In this document: piece by piece, positions 1 to 10,752 of the stretch
Numbering within the stretch: the first letter of the stretch is position 1
Layout: each line of letters starts with the position of its first letter
Source of the DNA: Spirogloea muscicola
Taxonomy: Eukaryota
Assembly (NCBI GenBank): GCA_009602725.1
Contig: WELB01000001.1
Location: forward strand, 1,989,096-2,046,398
Direction: 5' to 3'
DNA: 57,303 bases
The notes under the pieces: model-generated
Databases searched by the model: none
The model's input: only the letters and a program-made list of their open reading frames with translations
Told to the model about the DNA's origin: nothing
Program-made: the position numbers and the translations under genes

Positions 1-238
1 TGTTTGCAGCGTGCTCAGGCTAGTGCCTTGCACCAGAAAGCTGGGCGAGCTCTAGTAGGTGGCAGAAGGGCTCCGTTCCTGGCATCTAGTATTCATGCAT
101 CGAGTAGTGACCTTTATGTTTTGACCCGTGGTTATTGAGCGGGTCAATCTGCTGTAGGTTCTGTAGATTTTTAGATGTGCTTGCCTTTGTACCTGGCCAT
201 TTGGCCTACATTTCTTTCTAATACACGATCTCTTTCTC
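1..238 (+). mobile_element. 3' end of CRE-like RLE non-LTR retrotransposon (family C)
   Basis: Frame 1 (1-138) reads CLQRAQASALHQKAGRAL...SDLYVLTRGY*, homologous to the C-terminus of the element at 43-47 kb. Its 3' UTR motif GATGTGCTTGCC.TGTAC.TGGCCATTTGGCC recurs at about 1545-1575(-), 15325-15365(-), 15520-15560(-) and 34200-34225(+). Confidence 0.8.
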
Positions 239-307
239 CTCGAAGCGTCCTTCTCTCGATAATGAGCACCCAGTGGCCACTTGAGTCGCTGTGTGCCCCG
301 CGAGCGA

Positions 308-364
<57 letters not shown>
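308..364. repeat. Compound (CG)n-(GA)n microsatellite
   Basis: An alternating CG run at about 308-322 is followed directly by a pure GA run to 364. A related shorter copy with the same AGAGCTCTTT flank lies at about 2222-2256. Confidence 0.95.
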
Positions 365-366
<2 letters not shown>

Positions 367-371
367 CTTTT

Positions 372-1285
372 GCCACACCATCGCCCGTCGCTTCCATTGG
401 GTTGCATATTATAGAATGCGGCTCTCACTTAGTTTGCAGCGCTCGCAAGCATTGGCTCTTCATCAACGTGCAGGGCGCGCTCTGAGTCAGGCCTCCTGCT
501 TTCGTGGCGGCGCTCCAGCTCCCCAAGTTAGCTTGTCGAATTTGTTTGTGCTCACCCGTGGGTACTGATGTCACCTTAGGCACCTTAGTTTAGGTCTCCG
601 TATAATGTAACCCTGTTTAGTTTGCCCTAGACTCTGCCTGAACAATGTATCGGCTTGAATTGGCCTCCATCTCATTTCATGCGCCCCCCGCGCCTTCTCT
701 CATGAGGAGCCGGTCGACATTCCTGCAGCCGGGCCGCTGGCGCAAGTGTATCGTATGCGCCTGGCCGTCTCGCTGCAGAGGTCTATGGGCCGGGCGCTGC
801 ACCTTCGTGCCGGCAGAGCCCTCGCTGCTGCCTCTGGCTCTGGCCAGGGGACCCACTTCCAGGAGCCTAGCATCTCTAATCTGCGGCTGCTTAGCAGGGT
901 TTACTGAGTGATTCTTTTACTGTCCCTGCGAACTTTCTTCAGCTCTGTTCTTTTTGGGCTGGCCAATCACAGCCATCCGCCCTCTGCTTGAAGAGTATCT
1001 TCATGTACATTGACCTGCGGCTGCTCAACAGGGGATATTGAGCACAAAGTGGCCACTTTGCGCCCCTGTATGAGCGCTTTTCTGGCCCCTTCGAAGTGTT
1101 AGTCTTGTTCAGTCTTTTCCAGGGCTGGCCAAATCACAGCCATCGCCCTCTACTGGACTGGGCTGGTTGTTCCAGCCCCTATTCTCAATGGGCGAGCACT
1201 TTCTTCTACTGGAAGAGTCTCTCTCTCGTACATTCCTCTGGGCTGGCCTCTCACAGCCATTGCCGTACAGTGGAAGAGTTCTTTC
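372..1285 (+). mobile_element. Nest of co-oriented retrotransposon 3' ends: family B (401-700) inserted into family A coding sequence, plus further tails
   Basis: A-family HTIARRFH coding at 372-400 resumes at 701. The intervening B fragment encodes RLSLSLQRSQALALHQRAGRAL...LTRGY* and has a UTR ending CCTTCTCTC. DLRLLNRGY* is at about 1012-1041. A 47-bp A tail at 1158-1204 has TSD TCTACTGGA. Confidence 0.85.
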
Positions 1286-1504
1286 GTCCATTGGCTGTGA
1301 GAGGGCCAGGCCAAAAGCACCCAATAAGGAGAGGTGGCGCGAGGTGCGCATCAAACGAGAGGGTGGTCGAAGCAAGCCAGTACACTGCTGGTAAGAAGAA
1401 CAAAGGAGTCTAAGAAGGACGGCGGAAGCAACTAAATGCTCACAAGAAGTAAGCTCTTCCCCAAAGAACGTAAGCTCTTCCCAAAAAAGGGGCTCTTCCA
1501 AAAG

Positions 1505-2150
1505 AGATTGAAATGGAGCGGTTCTGGAATTTTGGAGGTCTGAATGGCCAAATACAAGGGCAAGTACATACATTGACAAATATACATCACCTGCTGCTAA
1601 GCAGACCCGCTCAGTACCCACGAGTCAGCACATAGAGGTCGCTAAGTAATGAAGAACAACGAACGGCAAATGACAAGCCCTTCTGCCACGAGCTAAACGT
1701 CGACCAGCTTTCTGGTGCAACGCCTGAGCCCGCTGCAGACAGGCTGGCACAGGGCGTGACAAAAATTGCAAATATGCTGTCGGCATGCCCACATCGGCTG
1801 GAAGCACATCCTCACGTCGTGAAAATCCTAGACTGGTGATACTCTCAAGTAGGGTATGAAAGCGAGGACCCGTGCCGCCAAAGGTTCGACTGTGGCCGGC
1901 AGGCGGTGATTACTGAAGGGGTAGTCAGAGTAGAGCTGCAACTTTCTCTGCTCCGCGCTCCCCACTGCGTGGCTAGACATGTGGGGCAATGCTGAGCTCT
2001 TGTACGCCTCCGTCACAAACATATCAACCAAGGCTCGTGGACCTCCACGAAAATCGTATGCCCACAATGTCTAGGTTGCGACGAAGGGGGCGAGGCTGTA
2101 AGATGCCAGCCCGAATTAAGTCTGGACAGGGTCCGAAGGGGGCCAAAAAG
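1505..2150 (-). mobile_element. Degenerate RLE domain and 3' end of family C element
   Basis: Minus-strand peptides AYDFRGGPRALVDMFVTEAY...SAEQRKLQLYSDYP (RLE D..D..K region) and ACLQRAQALHQKAGRRL...DLYVLTRGY*, with frameshifts. Confidence 0.75.
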
Positions 2151-2299
2151 CGCTAAGTAAGACAGTAATGGAAGTACCACGAAGAATGGTCTATTATTAA
2201 GCCATAATTAGCAGCCGCAAGCCGAGCGAGAGAGAGAAAGAGAGAGAGAGCTCTTTGCAAAAAGGGGGGCGATAGGTGCGGATAGGTGAGAAGAAAAAA

Positions 2300-2830
2300 A
2301 ACTAGCGCGGCAGATTGACTGGTTGCTGGGAAAGGCCAGCCCAAAGGAATGGACAAGGTCTGGAGGAGCCGGAGTGCGAAGGACTAGGACTAAAACATCA
2401 GCCAGGGAACGCTCAGTAACCTCTAGTCAGGAGATGCAAGTCTGAGTAGCTAGCTGGCAGAAGACGCGGCTGGAATGAAAGGGCGGCCAAAGCAGGCTAG
2501 GCACTGATTGTAAGAGGGGCTAAGGCAACACTACGGAAGAGTAGGAGATGTCAATTTTCCAAACAGGGGACGGCTGCAAGGGGCCAGCCCACAGACGAGC
2601 GACAAGATCTGTTAAAAGGAGAAGAAACAGCTCTTTCTTCAAGAGAGAAATAGCTCTTCTAATGTAAGGGCAAAATAGATGTGAGAGGCCAGCCCGAAGG
2701 CATGGACAAGGTCTTCATTGTAAGGCATTGACTGTGAGAGGCCAGCCCAAAGGGATGTACAAGGTCTGAAAGGGGAAGTAGCTCATCCAGAGGGGGCGAC
2801 GACTGTCAAGGGCCATCTCACAATATATTT
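2300..2830 (-). mobile_element. Cluster of retrotransposon 3' tails (family D and related)
   Basis: 2300-2470 matches 14365-14530 (SYSDLHLLTRGY; UTR TTGTCCATTCCTTTGGGCTGGCCTTTCCCAGC). Further GGGCTGGCC hairpin tails lie at about 2581, 2687 and 2740. Confidence 0.7.
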
Positions 2831-3154
2831 GACAAGGCCCAGCGGCGCGACAACATTCGGTCGACCGCCCTCGCAGGCTGCCGAGGCCGGCCCTGCTCAG
2901 CAAGCTCGACGCCGCTGCGTCGCCGTCGCTGCCTGCTCCTGTCCCCTCGGCTGCCGCAGCCGCGACGCCCCAGACCTTCTGCCGGATCAGGAGTGCAGCC
3001 TACAGTTTCAGTTGCCCGTGTGGAAAACATGGTGTGCTGCTTGCTCCTTCAAGCTGCTCAATGGCGAATCCTTCGTGCAGCTGGAGAGTCTTAACACTGA
3101 ACATTCTGGAGGATCATAAAGGTTCATTATGCTGTTGAGGTACAGAGAGGAAGG

Positions 3155-3651
3155 AAGTGCTCGCCCATTAAGAATAGGGGCTGGAAAAAGCAGCCCGAAA
3201 AAGAATGAACAGAGTACGAGAAGGGGGCTAGGGGAAGCGCTAAGAAACAGAAACAAAGCAGCTACGAATTACTCAGTAACCTCTGCTAAGCAGCCGCAGG
3301 TCGGAGATGCTAGGCTCGTTGAAGTGGGTCCCCTGGCCAGAGCCAGAGGCAGCAGCGAGAGCTCTGCCGGCATGAAGGTGCATCGCCCGGGCCATAGAAG
3401 AAAGTGCTCGCCATAGACCTCTGCAGCGAGACGGCCAGGCGCATTCGATACACTTGCGCCAGCGACCCGGCTGCAGGAAAGTCTACCGGCTCCTCATGGA
3501 AGCGACGGGCGATGGTGTGGCGGGCGAGCTGGGTGAGCAGCTCGAGCCACCGAGCGCCCAGCGCCCCATGGGTATCAATGGCCAACGGGAAGAACTCGTC
3601 TTCCCGCGGATGGTCTGCGTACTTCAGCTCTTTAGCCCGAGCAGCGCAGTC
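3155..3651 (-). mobile_element. 5'-truncated family A RLE retrotransposon with 8-bp TSD
   Basis: Encodes CAARAKELKYADHPREDEFFPLAIDTHGALG..., nearly identical to 29036-29989. TSD GAGGAAGG at 3147-3154 and 3652-3659. Contains an 11-nt micro-insertion at 3399-3409. Confidence 0.9.
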
Positions 3652-5312
3652 GAGGAAGGGTGTCTCTGATGTTGGTCTCCATGTTGTCATGTCTTCGAAA
3701 GTACAGCAGAGAAGACATGAGACAAGTAGCTTGCAATCGACAGGATATACCAGCATGCTTGCCAGCGGGCCAGGCGGGCCGTTTTCCTGCAACATCCGAG
3801 CCCCTGACTCAGTACTGGTTGATGCAACAGCTCAAGAGTATGAGCAACCAAAGGCAATTGTTTCTGCTGCTTCACCCCGATGGGCAGGATGTGCCTCACA
3901 TGGCACCATATTAGCAGGTTTCTTCCTTTACAAAGCTGTACATAAGCCAAGCCCTCGTGTTGCTCTTCTGTGCGACATTTTGGATGGTGACGGAAGAGAT
4001 CGTGCAATCACGTGGCATGTATATCATGGGAAAAGGAGGACCTCTACCTTTGAGACAACACTGAGCATAAAGAGAAGGCGCGCGGAGCACATAAAATCAA
4101 AGGGAGCAAAACAGGATCACATGACCTGAATCATGCAGTATGTTCCTTATCTACACTCAGCGATAGTGGATAATAAAGCTCAAGCTTTTCACACACGCAC
4201 TCGCTGCACGAAAGCCATTGGCAGCATACAGAATCTCAACCAGCATTAGCTTTGTGGAATTTAACATTGTGTCGCTTCGTGCTTGTAGTCGTTCTTTTCA
4301 TCACAATGTGACAAATTTCAAAGGGCTGAAAAGAAGCTAAGACACTGTCAAAGCTTTTCTTAATTTTTTGTTCAAACAAAGGCATTGAGGTGAAAGTAGG
4401 GCTGTACTCTTCCATTTGCGAAATTCCCGAGAGAACTGTTGGTTCTGCCACTGTGCACGAAGAGGTCCACCTATTGCGTTCTTTGTCTGTTGTAGGTGAT
4501 TCAGGAAGAAGAGTTTGCAATGCTCATGCTCTGTACATGTCCATCACATGCTGTGTACGTGTCCTCCACACGCAGACCATGTCTGACCTCCGTAAGTGAT
4601 CTGTGCTGGGCTGCTACGCGCCTTTTGGAAGACAATACTGACGAGTGGCCTGTGCAAAGGCCCTATGGAGGCCACGTGCCCCAAGACCTCTGTCATATTG
4701 CAAGCCCACAATGTCAGACTTTTTCACTCAGCGACTTTGATGGTTTCCATGATGATACAACACACATGCAAAGCGTATCAAGATCTCTTCAGTGATACTC
4801 ATCCTGATGGCGACCTTGCTATTTAGAGCACCATGCTCTTTTGACTTGCTCAATGCTGGCCGCCCACGTATCGAACGACCCTCAGAGCCGACTGGCAATG
4901 ATGATTGCACTTTTGTATGCTGCCTTTTGCACTTCAACAAGCAGTCAAGGAGTGCTTGCGAAGAGCAATGAAAGCTCACCGAGATGTGCGCGTATAGCAA
5001 GAACAAGAGGCAGCGTCCACATCGGTGGCTCGGTGGAAAGGCCAGGGGAGAGCAGGCCCTCGGAGAGTGGTGCCCCGTGGTCATCAGGCAGCATGGGTTT
5101 CGCTTACGCTGAGCGACAAGGGCAATGCGACAAGGGGGGTGCGCAAGCGGCAGCGCACGTTGGCAAGGGGGTGGTGCAGCAGGGATAAAGGGGCCAGGGC
5201 GTGGGCCCCGCTGCCGGGGCCACCGGAGACGGGCTGGGGGCTGTCCTGGCACGGGTGCAGAGCGGGCGGCCTACAGTGGGCGCGGTGGTGGGTGGCGGGG
5301 GTGCGCGGTGCT

Positions 5313-7440
5313 GTAGAAAGTGCTCGCCCATTGAGGATAGGGGCTGAAAAAGCCAGTGCTGAGGCGGCCTTCTGCGCCACAAGAGAGAGTAAAAGAGAGA
5401 GAGAGCGCAGAAGGCGCGCGGTGCGCATGAAATGAAAGGGTGGCCACTTTAAGCCAATCGAGCCATTTCCTTAACACGTCATTAAGGCAAGAGGGGAGAC
5501 GCGCGGTGCGCATGAAAAAATGAAGCGGTGGCCAACTAAAGCCTCCAGTACAGTTTAGGCAACTGAAGCCTGTACACTATTCAGGCAAGGCGCGCAGGCA
5601 GGCACGACGAGGAGCCAGCTGCTGTGCCGCGGCGGAGGAGCGAGAGGAGGCGCGCGCGCGGACGTGCAGGACCGTCCGCCCCGGCCGCTGCGGCGGCTCG
5701 AGGAGCAGTCGGACATGGCGGGGGTTCAGCGGGAGGGAGATGGAGGAAGAAAGTGCTCGCCCATTGAGAATAGGGGCTGGAACAACCAGCCCGAAAACGA
5801 ATGAACAGAGTACGAGAAGGGGGCCAGGGGAAGCGCTAAGTAACAGAAACTAAGCTTACGAGACACTCAGTAACCCCTGCTAAGCAGCCGCAGATCAGAG
5901 ATGCTGGGCTCCTGGAAGTGGGTCCCCTGGCCAGAGCCAGAGGCAGCAGCGAGGGCTCTGCCGGCACGAAGGTGCAGCGCCCGGGCCATGGACCTCTGCA
6001 GCGAGACGGCCAGGCGCATTCGATACACTTGCGCCAGGAGGGCGGGCCTGGCAGCGGCGCTCGTGGGGCCGCGCCGCCGGCGGGCGTGTGGGGTGTGAGG
6101 GCGGCACGCCGGTACAAAAAGGGCGACGGGGTGCCAGCCACAGTCAGGGCGCCAGCCGTAGCCGCTGTAGCCGGCCTCGGGTGGCCAGCGGCCAGCGGTG
6201 ACGCAGCCGGGCGGGCCCTAGGCGACGGCCGCGCCACGGCGGCGCCGGGCGGGGCCGGACCACTGACAACACCGGGCATGGCCGCGCGGCGAGCAGGCCC
6301 GGCAACTTCCTGCAGGCCCGCAAAATCCTGCAGCCCCTCTTTCTGAGCTTCTCGGGTTGGGCGTCTGCCATTGTTGTTGTGGGCTAACCAATCACAGATC
6401 GCACTTCGATGAAAGGGTCATACTGTTTTCTTGGCAGCCATTCCCCCTCCTGAAGAAAGTGCTCGCCCATTGAGGATAGGGGCTGGAAAAACCAGCCCAA
6501 AAAAGCATGAACAGAATACGAGAAGGGGGCCAGGGGCGGCGCTAAATAGAAGAAAGTGCTCGCCCATTGAGAATAGAGCCCTCTTCTTCACGCACCTTGC
6601 CCATACTACTCTGGAAAGCCCTTTCTCACAAAAAGATTAGCCCCTCCAAGAGAGACAGCCCTTTCTTCTTTCAAAGGAAGGCTTGGATTGTGAGAGGCCA
6701 GCCCAAAGGGAATGTACTACGTCCCAAAGGGCCGGGAGACAAAAGCACATGGCACGTGACTTCCTCGAGTAGACGCTCCATGACCGCTAGTCACTGAATG
6801 CAGATCGGAGCAAATAGAGGGCGAGGGCTGTGAGAATCTATTGAGCTCTTGTGAACGGGGAGAGGGCTGTGAACAGCAGCTCTTCGACAGTGGCTGGAAA
6901 TGGCCAGCCCAAAAGGAATGGACAAGGTCCAAAGACCCGAAGTTGTGTAAGGCCAGCCCGAACAGATACCCATTCAAGAAAATGTGATTGCAAAGGGGGC
7001 GGGGTCTGTGGAAAGAGAGAAACTCGTCAAGTGGAGGGCGAAGGCTGTGATTGCCAGCCCAGAAAAAGAATGAACATGGTTTCAAAGGGGCCAGAAAAGC
7101 GTGAAAGCACGCAACGACACAAGTAGCCAAGGGCCAATGTACACCTGGTCGGTCGGTCGCGATCGAGAGGGCACGCGTCGCGCAGTGAGTGGACACTTGA
7201 ATCAAGAATGTGCCAAAAGGGGGGCCAAGAGGAGGCAATTTACGACCAACCGACCAGGTGTAAGTTGGCCCCAAGTGTCAAAACCAGCACAGAATAAATG
7301 AATCGGGTCAAAAGGGGCCGTCGGTCAAAGAAATTGCTCGCATATAGAAAAAGAGGGGCTAGCAAAGCCAGCCCAGAAAAGAATGGACAATACCCAAGGC
7401 CACAAAAGAGGTGCCGAAAAGGAAAGACTGAAGTACTAGA
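5313..7440 (-). mobile_element. Nest of minus-strand retrotransposon 3' ends (families A, B, F and others)
   Basis: A tails (AGAAAGTGCTCGCCCATTGAG on +) at about 5315, 5748, 6454 and 6551, with an A coding fragment at 5747-6035. B tails (GCGCGGTGCGCATGAAA) at about 5415 and 5500. GGCCAGCCC/GCCAGCCC hairpin tails at about 6696, 6902, 6951, 7053 and 7367. Confidence 0.8.
7131..7271. mobile_element. 141-bp MITE, PIF/Harbinger (Tourist)-like
   Basis: 29-bp terminal inverted repeats at 7131-7159 and 7243-7271 (26/29 match) begin GGGCC and are flanked by a 3-bp direct repeat CAA (7128-7130, 7272-7274). The superfamily call is inferred from the TIR start and TSD length. Confidence 0.65.
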
Positions 7441-8153
7441 CTCAAAAGCCCCGCCACCAACCTCTGGAAGGCGGTCGGGAGGGCGGAGCGAAAGCCACGC
7501 GTAGGGATGCCCGCTGCCCGCCCCTGTTGGCCCGTGTTCGCATCAGTGCCCATGGCGCCGCGGGAGGAAGTACGCTCTTTTCTGGAGGGCGAGGCACTTT
7601 CTTCTTCCCGGGGAGGCAGGTCGGGGTCGCGTACGGCAGGGCATGGGGGGGGGGGAGCTTGTCCCCGGGGGGACGGGCGGAGAAGGGTGAGCGGCCTCAG
7701 GCTTCCCGCACAACAAGGACTGCGGCCCGCAGATGGCGCGCTGCTGGGAGCAGGGGGCCGGGTCCCGCCCAGGGCGCCGTCTGCTGGCCAGCCTGCCGGG
7801 TGGCTCCATGTCGCGGGAACACCGCAGATGGTGGGGGGGAGGGGGGGCCTCAGCGCCCCCTGGCGGCCCAGCCAACAGTGGGCGCCACCCTCTCCCAACC
7901 CCGGCCCTGCCGTGGTCTCCTTCCCCCCACACTCTTCCCCCACAGCCCCCCGCCGCCCCCTCGCCTTCTCCTCCCCCCCCACATCCTTCCCCACACCCGC
8001 GCCGCCCCCTCGCCTCCCCGCCTCCCCGCTCTCGCTTCCCCGCTACCGCCAGAGCGCCGGACACGCGCGCCCGTCGCTCATCTTCGTCGTCGCGAGGAGC
8101 TCGACGCTGCAACGCCGTTGGTGGGCGCCCGGGAACGCGAGCGGGCCGCCGTC

Positions 8154-10021
8154 ATGGGCATCGCCGCAGGCGCCGCGCTCGGCGACTGCAAGGGCGCCGC
8201 GGCGGGCGGCGCGGAGGAGGCGCGCAGGCGCGGGTGGGCGGAGATCTTCCCGCAGTGGGGTTCCATCTTTGCGGTGGCGCGCCCCGTCCAGATGCCGCAG
8301 TTCGACGTCATCCTCCAGGCCGGCGCCAAGAGCAAGGGCCTCCTCGCCGCCGCGCTGCCGCTACCACCGTCGGCGGCGGACGCCGGGCGAGCGCTGGGCG
8401 TGAAGGACGAGACGTGGGAGCGCGCCGAGAAGGGCGCCCCGAGGGCCGCCCCATTTGGCCTGCAAGCCGGGAAGAAGCGTAAGGCCACGGCGGCGGTGGC
8501 CAAGCCGCAGGCCGTCGGGGGCGACGGCGGCGGCGGTTGCGAAGAGGACGAGGACGACGACGTGCCATTTGACGGGTCGTGCCGGTACAAGGGCGTACGG
8601 CAGCGCAAGTGGGGCAAGTGGGTGTCGGAGATCCGGGAGCCGCGCAAGCGCTCGCGCATCTGGCTGGGGTCCTTCGACTCGGACGAGGACGCGGCGCGCG
8701 CCTACGACGTCGCCGCGCGCTTCCTGCGCGGCGCCAAGGCCTTTCTCAACTTCCCCGACAGGTGCGCTCCTCTGCTCCGCCCTACTCCTCGAGGGCTGGC
8801 CCACCTCTCTTCCTCTGCAAAAGCAAGGCGCCACACTGTCACGACTATGTGCAGAGGAGGCAGGAGAGTCACAAAGTCACAGAGTCACACAGTTACACAA
8901 TTATTAATTTGCAGAACGATGCTGCCCTCTCACAGCCTTCCTGCATGCTTCGTAGGCACTGTGTGGCGCGAAGACTCTTGCTGACGCTCTGCGCCTACCT
9001 CGTTGCCCTTTGCAGCTACCGGGAGGTGGAGTTGCCTGCAACCACAATGGAGGCGCTGACGCGGGCCGGCAAGGAGGCGGCGCGTGTCGCGGGCCTAGGG
9101 CCGGGGAAGCCCGTCCCAGGCTCCAAGGAGGCAATGGAGGCCAAGCAGAAGGCCAAGTCGCGCAAGTCCCGCGCGCGCGCCGCTCGGGCAGCCCAGAGCG
9201 GCGCCAGCGCCAACACAGCCAATGTGTCTGCCCTACTGGCAGCCGCCGTCGAGCGCGCCGGCGACAGCGCCGGTGGGCTCCTGGCGCGGAGCGCCAGCGG
9301 CGCGCAGTCGTCGTCGGCAGACACCCAGGATATGGACAGGGACCAGGACCAGAGCTCGTCGGCCGGCCTTGAGTCCAAGGCCACCAGCGGCGGCGGAGAG
9401 CATGACTCGGCATCGTCCGAGTGCGAGACGAGCACACGCCTGGCGCCTCACGGCACCAGCCTCGCCGTGGGCTGGCGGCCTTTTGGCCACGGCTCGTCCG
9501 TCGAGGAGGACGCGGTAGCAGGCAGGGTTGCCTGCAAGGAGAGCGACAGCCATGAGGCGAAAGCAGGGGCCATATTGGTGACGGCTTTGCGGCTGGACGT
9601 CCTGGAGGCAGCGCAGCAGGTGGACTCGCCCCTGCTCCAGATCCCCAGCTACCTGGCCGACCTGTCGCCGAACGTGCTTGGCGCCTCCGAGCTCCCATTC
9701 CCGTCGCCGCGCTACGGCCAGATGGACCTGGGGTTCGCCATGATGTCACCACACCTCCCTGGAGTGGCCACGCCAACAGCCGCTGAGAGAGCAGCCGGGA
9801 GCAGCGGTGGTGGCGGCAGCACCGGCCTGATGGTGTCGCCTCGAACGAGCGCACTGGGCATCGAGTTCACCTTGTCGCCGCGCTGCGGCGGCCTGGGGCC
9901 TCTTGATTTTGGCTATGCATCGTCGCCCCGGTTCCTCGCACCGACTGGCAATGACTTCCTGCTTTCACCACGCTCGCCCGTGCTGTGGAATGGCTCTCAC
10001 AATGCCGGCTGGGCATATTGA
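8154..10021 (+). CDS. AP2/ERF transcription factor, DREB subfamily (2 exons: 8154-8761, 9016-10021)
   Basis: Single AP2 domain [57 protein letters not shown] with the DREB-diagnostic V14/E19. The GT-AG intron 8762-9015 joins the frames. The start codon is chosen by inference. Confidence 0.9.
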
Positions 10022-10752
10022 CGGCTATGACTCCACAGTAGCTGTGAAGCCATTCCTACAACATCAGAATAGTCGAAACTTAGCAAATGCCAGCTATCAA
10101 CATGCAACAGTTGAGGGTATTATTTTGACAATGTATTTGCTGCACCCTCTGCTCAACATGAGGCTCTGTACAGTGTGAAGCCCTTACTGAATTTATGCAC
10201 CCGGCCATGCTCATGGCCTCCCTGCACCCGATCTGCGGTGGAGGGTGGAATAGGTCATACATACTGTACACCTGTAAATGAGAACTGCAACGGCAAGGGA
10301 TTTGGACCATAGGCTCCTATTTTTGGGCTGCATGCCTATGTGCGCTTCTGCTGTTTCAGTCTGGCTTGCTTTTTGCCATGCCAATCATGTGAATGCCAGG
10401 ACATCCCTGCGGATGCACCTTTGAGCGATGCAGGCCTGCAGCCTCAAGCATAGAGATGCTTGCTTGATTGTGTAGCCTACTTTGGTGTGCACGTTACACC
10501 AGAGTTGTTTCATACGACCAGCAAATAGGTTAAGGGCTGACATACTAAGCACATAGCAACAGACTGCATGCAGACCTATGATTGGAATAGCTGAGGCATG
10601 AGATAGTCCCCGTGAAAGAAGCGCTGCACAAAGTGGTCGTGATACAGCTTCACAAATGGAAGCCGTTAATGAGACCATGTGGCAAAGTGTAATGCAAGTC
10701 TTACTTGCTTAGTCACCAAGACAGGCAAATGACTGCTGACAATGGTTGTGAA

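Noticed and set aside
52..485. SLSLSL/RERERE ORFs
   Set aside because: These are translations of the GA microsatellite.
569..700. Hammerhead/HDV ribozyme or tRNA-derived SINE head in the repeated tails
   Set aside because: No CUGANGA/GAAA core with flanking stems and no Pol III A/B boxes were seen. The tails directly follow the RLE stop codon and have variable 5' ends, as expected for truncated LINEs.
3680..5310. Possible minus-strand gene
   Set aside because: It has a GC-rich 5'-like region and splice-like sites, but the frames are broken and the product is unrecognisable, so it is treated only as a possible remnant.
7359..9854. Many long overlapping ORFs around the ERF gene
   Set aside because: GC-rich shadow frames without recognisable domains; only the AP2 frame and its spliced continuation are supported.
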